A stretch of 63,736 nt of DNA, counting the filler, from Candidatus Fermentibacterota bacterium (GTDB lineage Bacteria > JAFGKV01): NCBI GenBank assembly GCA_016928395.1. It is 10 parts of 10 records of this genome, joined end to end, with 100 filler letters (N's around TTAATTAATTAA, not from the genome) between each part and the next. Parts side by side here need not be neighbours in the genome. Positions count along the whole stretch, not along the records: positions 59,988 to 63,736 come from JAFGKV010000313.1; 9 more parts are not named here. One strand, written 5' to 3'. Positions 62,162 through 63,736 of this stretch are shown here, one piece after another. The position numbers were made by a program, and so were the translations under genes. Numbering within the stretch: position 1 is the stretch's first letter; each line of letters opens with the position of its first letter. Under the pieces are notes generated by a model. That model saw only the letters and a program-made list of their open reading frames with translations. It searched no databases and had not been told where the DNA came from.

Positions 62162-62779
62162 ATGAGACCACCAGGAATCTCTCGTCCCGGCCGTCTGCTC
62201 TCTCGGATAGGTTGGCGCGGCTCCGTTGTGCTGCTTCTCTTGCTCCTGCCCCTGAGCGCGGAGGCCCAGTATGTGGTCGGCCCCTCGGTCATCGCCGGGG
62301 GAGGCTCTCGAATGACGGGGGGCAGCTATGTCGTGACCGGCACCACGGGCCAGAGTTCCCCCGTGGGAACCTCCGCCGCGGGCGCCTACCAGACCCACCA
62401 TGGGTTCTGGCACGCGGCCACGGGCGGGGGTGGCTCCCTAAGCCCCATGGTCCTCGCCATCACCCTGCTCAATCCCACCGCCGCGCGCCTCTCCTGGGCC
62501 ACGGTGACTGGCGCGACGTTCTACGACCTCTACCGGAGCACCACGGCATTCTTCAATGCCTCGGGAGCTCCGTGGCGAACCGTGGCGGCGCCGGCCACCT
62601 CGTCAGACTTCGCCGCGGGAATCGGCGATGTCGCCACGAACTACTTCTTCCGCGGCATCGCCCGAAACGCCACGCAGTTGTCGCCCCAGAGCAACGTGGC
62701 CGGTGAGTTTGACTATGGCTGCGACATCCCCGGAGCCGCCAGAGGTGGATCGGGGGCGCAGGATGGCAACAAGAACTAG
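62162..62779 (+). CDS. Small secreted protein: Gly-rich 'GGG...GQ...GFW' N-domain plus FN3-like 'SNxAGEFDY' C-domain
   Basis: Signal peptide ending AEA; VIAGGG..GGSY..GTTGQ...HGFW; C-domain aligns with the tail of the C10 peptidase. Confidence 0.8.
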   Translation: MRPPGISRPGRLLSRIGWRGSVVLLLLLLPLSAEAQYVVGPSVIAGGGSRMTGGSYVVTGTTGQSSPVGTSAAGAYQTHHGFWHAATGGGGSLSPMVLAITLLNPTAARLSWATVTGATFYDLYRSTTAFFNASGAPWRTVAAPATSSDFAAGIGDVATNYFFRGIARNATQLSPQSNVAGEFDYGCDIPGAARGGSGAQDGNKN

Positions 62780-62834
62780 AAACAGACAGAGTCACTTCAA
62801 CAGGCAGCATGGGAGTCAGCCAAGGAGGAAAGCC

Positions 62835-63736
62835 ATGACCATTCGCCACATCACGACCTCACTCCTGGTGGGGATCCTTCTTCTGATCGGCTTCGTTGAG
62901 ACATCAAGCGCCGAGGTTCCGCAGGTGATCAGTTACCAGGGGAAGGTGACCGATGCGTCGGGCAACCCTGTGGCTGATGGTCCCTACACAATGCAGTTCC
63001 GGATCTACGACGCGGCCACGGGAGGAACCCTGCTGTGGAACAGCAACAACCAGACGGTGGCGGTGGCGGGCGGCATCTTCAGTGTGCTGCTTGGTGACAG
63101 CCCACAACCTGCTCTTTCCTTGGACTTCAGCACTGACTACTGGCTCCTGGTGATCTTCAATGGCGTCAATCAGATGCCGCGTCAGCGGTTGGCGTCTGTG
63201 GGCTATGCCTACATGGCCAGCGGGCTGGTGGTGGGGACCGAGGTGAGCGGGGCAATCACGAGCGGCACCTACGCGGCCCTCAAGGTGACGAACACGGCGA
63301 CCGAGGGCGGCGTCTATGGGATCCACGGCCAGAGCGCGTCTACCCTCGGCCGCGGCGTGCTCGGCCAGACAACTACGAGCACCGGGCAGACCTACGGCGT
63401 GTATGGGCAGTCCTCTTCCGATGCGGGCATGGGCGTGCACGGCCTGGCATTGGCCTCCACGGGCTACACGTACGGTGTGTATGGGAAAGCAAACTCCACC
63501 GGGGGTCGCGGAGTGTATGGCATCGCCGCGGCCACCGCCGGCCCGACCTACGGGGTGATTGGCCACTCCTCTTCCGATGCGGGCACGGGTGTGTGGGGCA
63601 AGGCGGTTGCGCCTACAGGCACCACGTACGGCGTAGTGGGCGAGACCTACACATCGAGCGGCAACGGAGTGCGGGGCGTGAACTACGCCACGACAGGCTA
63701 CACGTGCGCAGTTCAGGGACTCGCGTTTTCCTCAGC
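62835..63736 (+). CDS. Secreted fibre/adhesin-like protein with G-V-x-G repeats (3' truncated; absent from ORF track)
   Basis: AAGGAGG RBS; manual translation MTIRH...SSA-EVPQVISYQGKVTDASGNP...FRIYD...LLW...GIFSVLLG...PRQRLASVGYAY, then 26-aa repeats each with two GVxG; no stop before window end. Confidence 0.85.
   Translation, partial: MTIRHITTSLLVGILLLIGFVETSSAEVPQVISYQGKVTDASGNPVADGPYTMQFRIYDAATGGTLLWNSNNQTVAVAGGIFSVLLGDSPQPALSLDFSTDYWLLVIFNGVNQMPRQRLASVGYAYMASGLVVGTEVSGAITSGTYAALKVTNTATEGGVYGIHGQSASTLGRGVLGQTTTSTGQTYGVYGQSSSDAGMGVHGLALASTGYTYGVYGKANSTGGRGVYGIAAATAGPTYGVIGHSSSDAGTGVWGKAVAPTGTTYGVVGETYTSSGNGVRGVNYATTGYTCAVQGLAFSS

Noticed and set aside
62904-63566. 220-aa minus-strand ORF in the track
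   Set aside because: Shadow of the plus-strand fibre gene starting at 62835, which has an RBS, signal peptide and repeats.

Overview
This is not one continuous locus. It is ten assembly contigs joined by nine artificial 100-bp spacers (N-runs around TTAATTAATTAA), so adjacency across a spacer means nothing. The DNA is GC-rich and bacterial. SecA type and ribosomal gene order suggest an FCB-superphylum candidate lineage, probably an anaerobe (inference only). Contig 1: nrdR 3' end, ppdK, a degenerate PP2C/PQQ-propeller membrane protein, an FmdB zinc ribbon, secA and a lipoprotein. Contig 2: tuf 3' end and the S10-spc-alpha ribosomal cluster, lacking adk and infA, ending in a LapA-family gene and a terminator. 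Contigs 3-10 mix metabolic and accessory genes: sfsA, C10 peptidase, three radical SAM enzymes, DUF885, LOG, APC-USP transporter, BTAD/NB-ARC regulator, fabF, nitroreductase, GTP-PEPCK, TSUP, AbrB/VapC, GT-C glycosyltransferase, AAA-DUF4143 and a fibre-like adhesin. Best candidates for undescribed biology: (1) a cassette of a secreted 4-Cys peptide, a 6-bladed propeller lipoprotein and a membrane CxxC thioredoxin-fold protein; (2) a shared C-terminal 'SNxAGEFDY' domain on two unrelated secreted proteins, one a possible adaptor for the neighbouring fibre; (3) small insertion elements sharing a T-AG[...C]AG junction, one splitting vapC and one with an apparent empty site elsewhere in the window; (4) intergenic mosaics of nested inverted short-tandem-repeat and REP-like elements; (5) an RlmN-like radical SAM operon lacking the resolving cysteine. 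All calls come from reading motifs; no searches were run.
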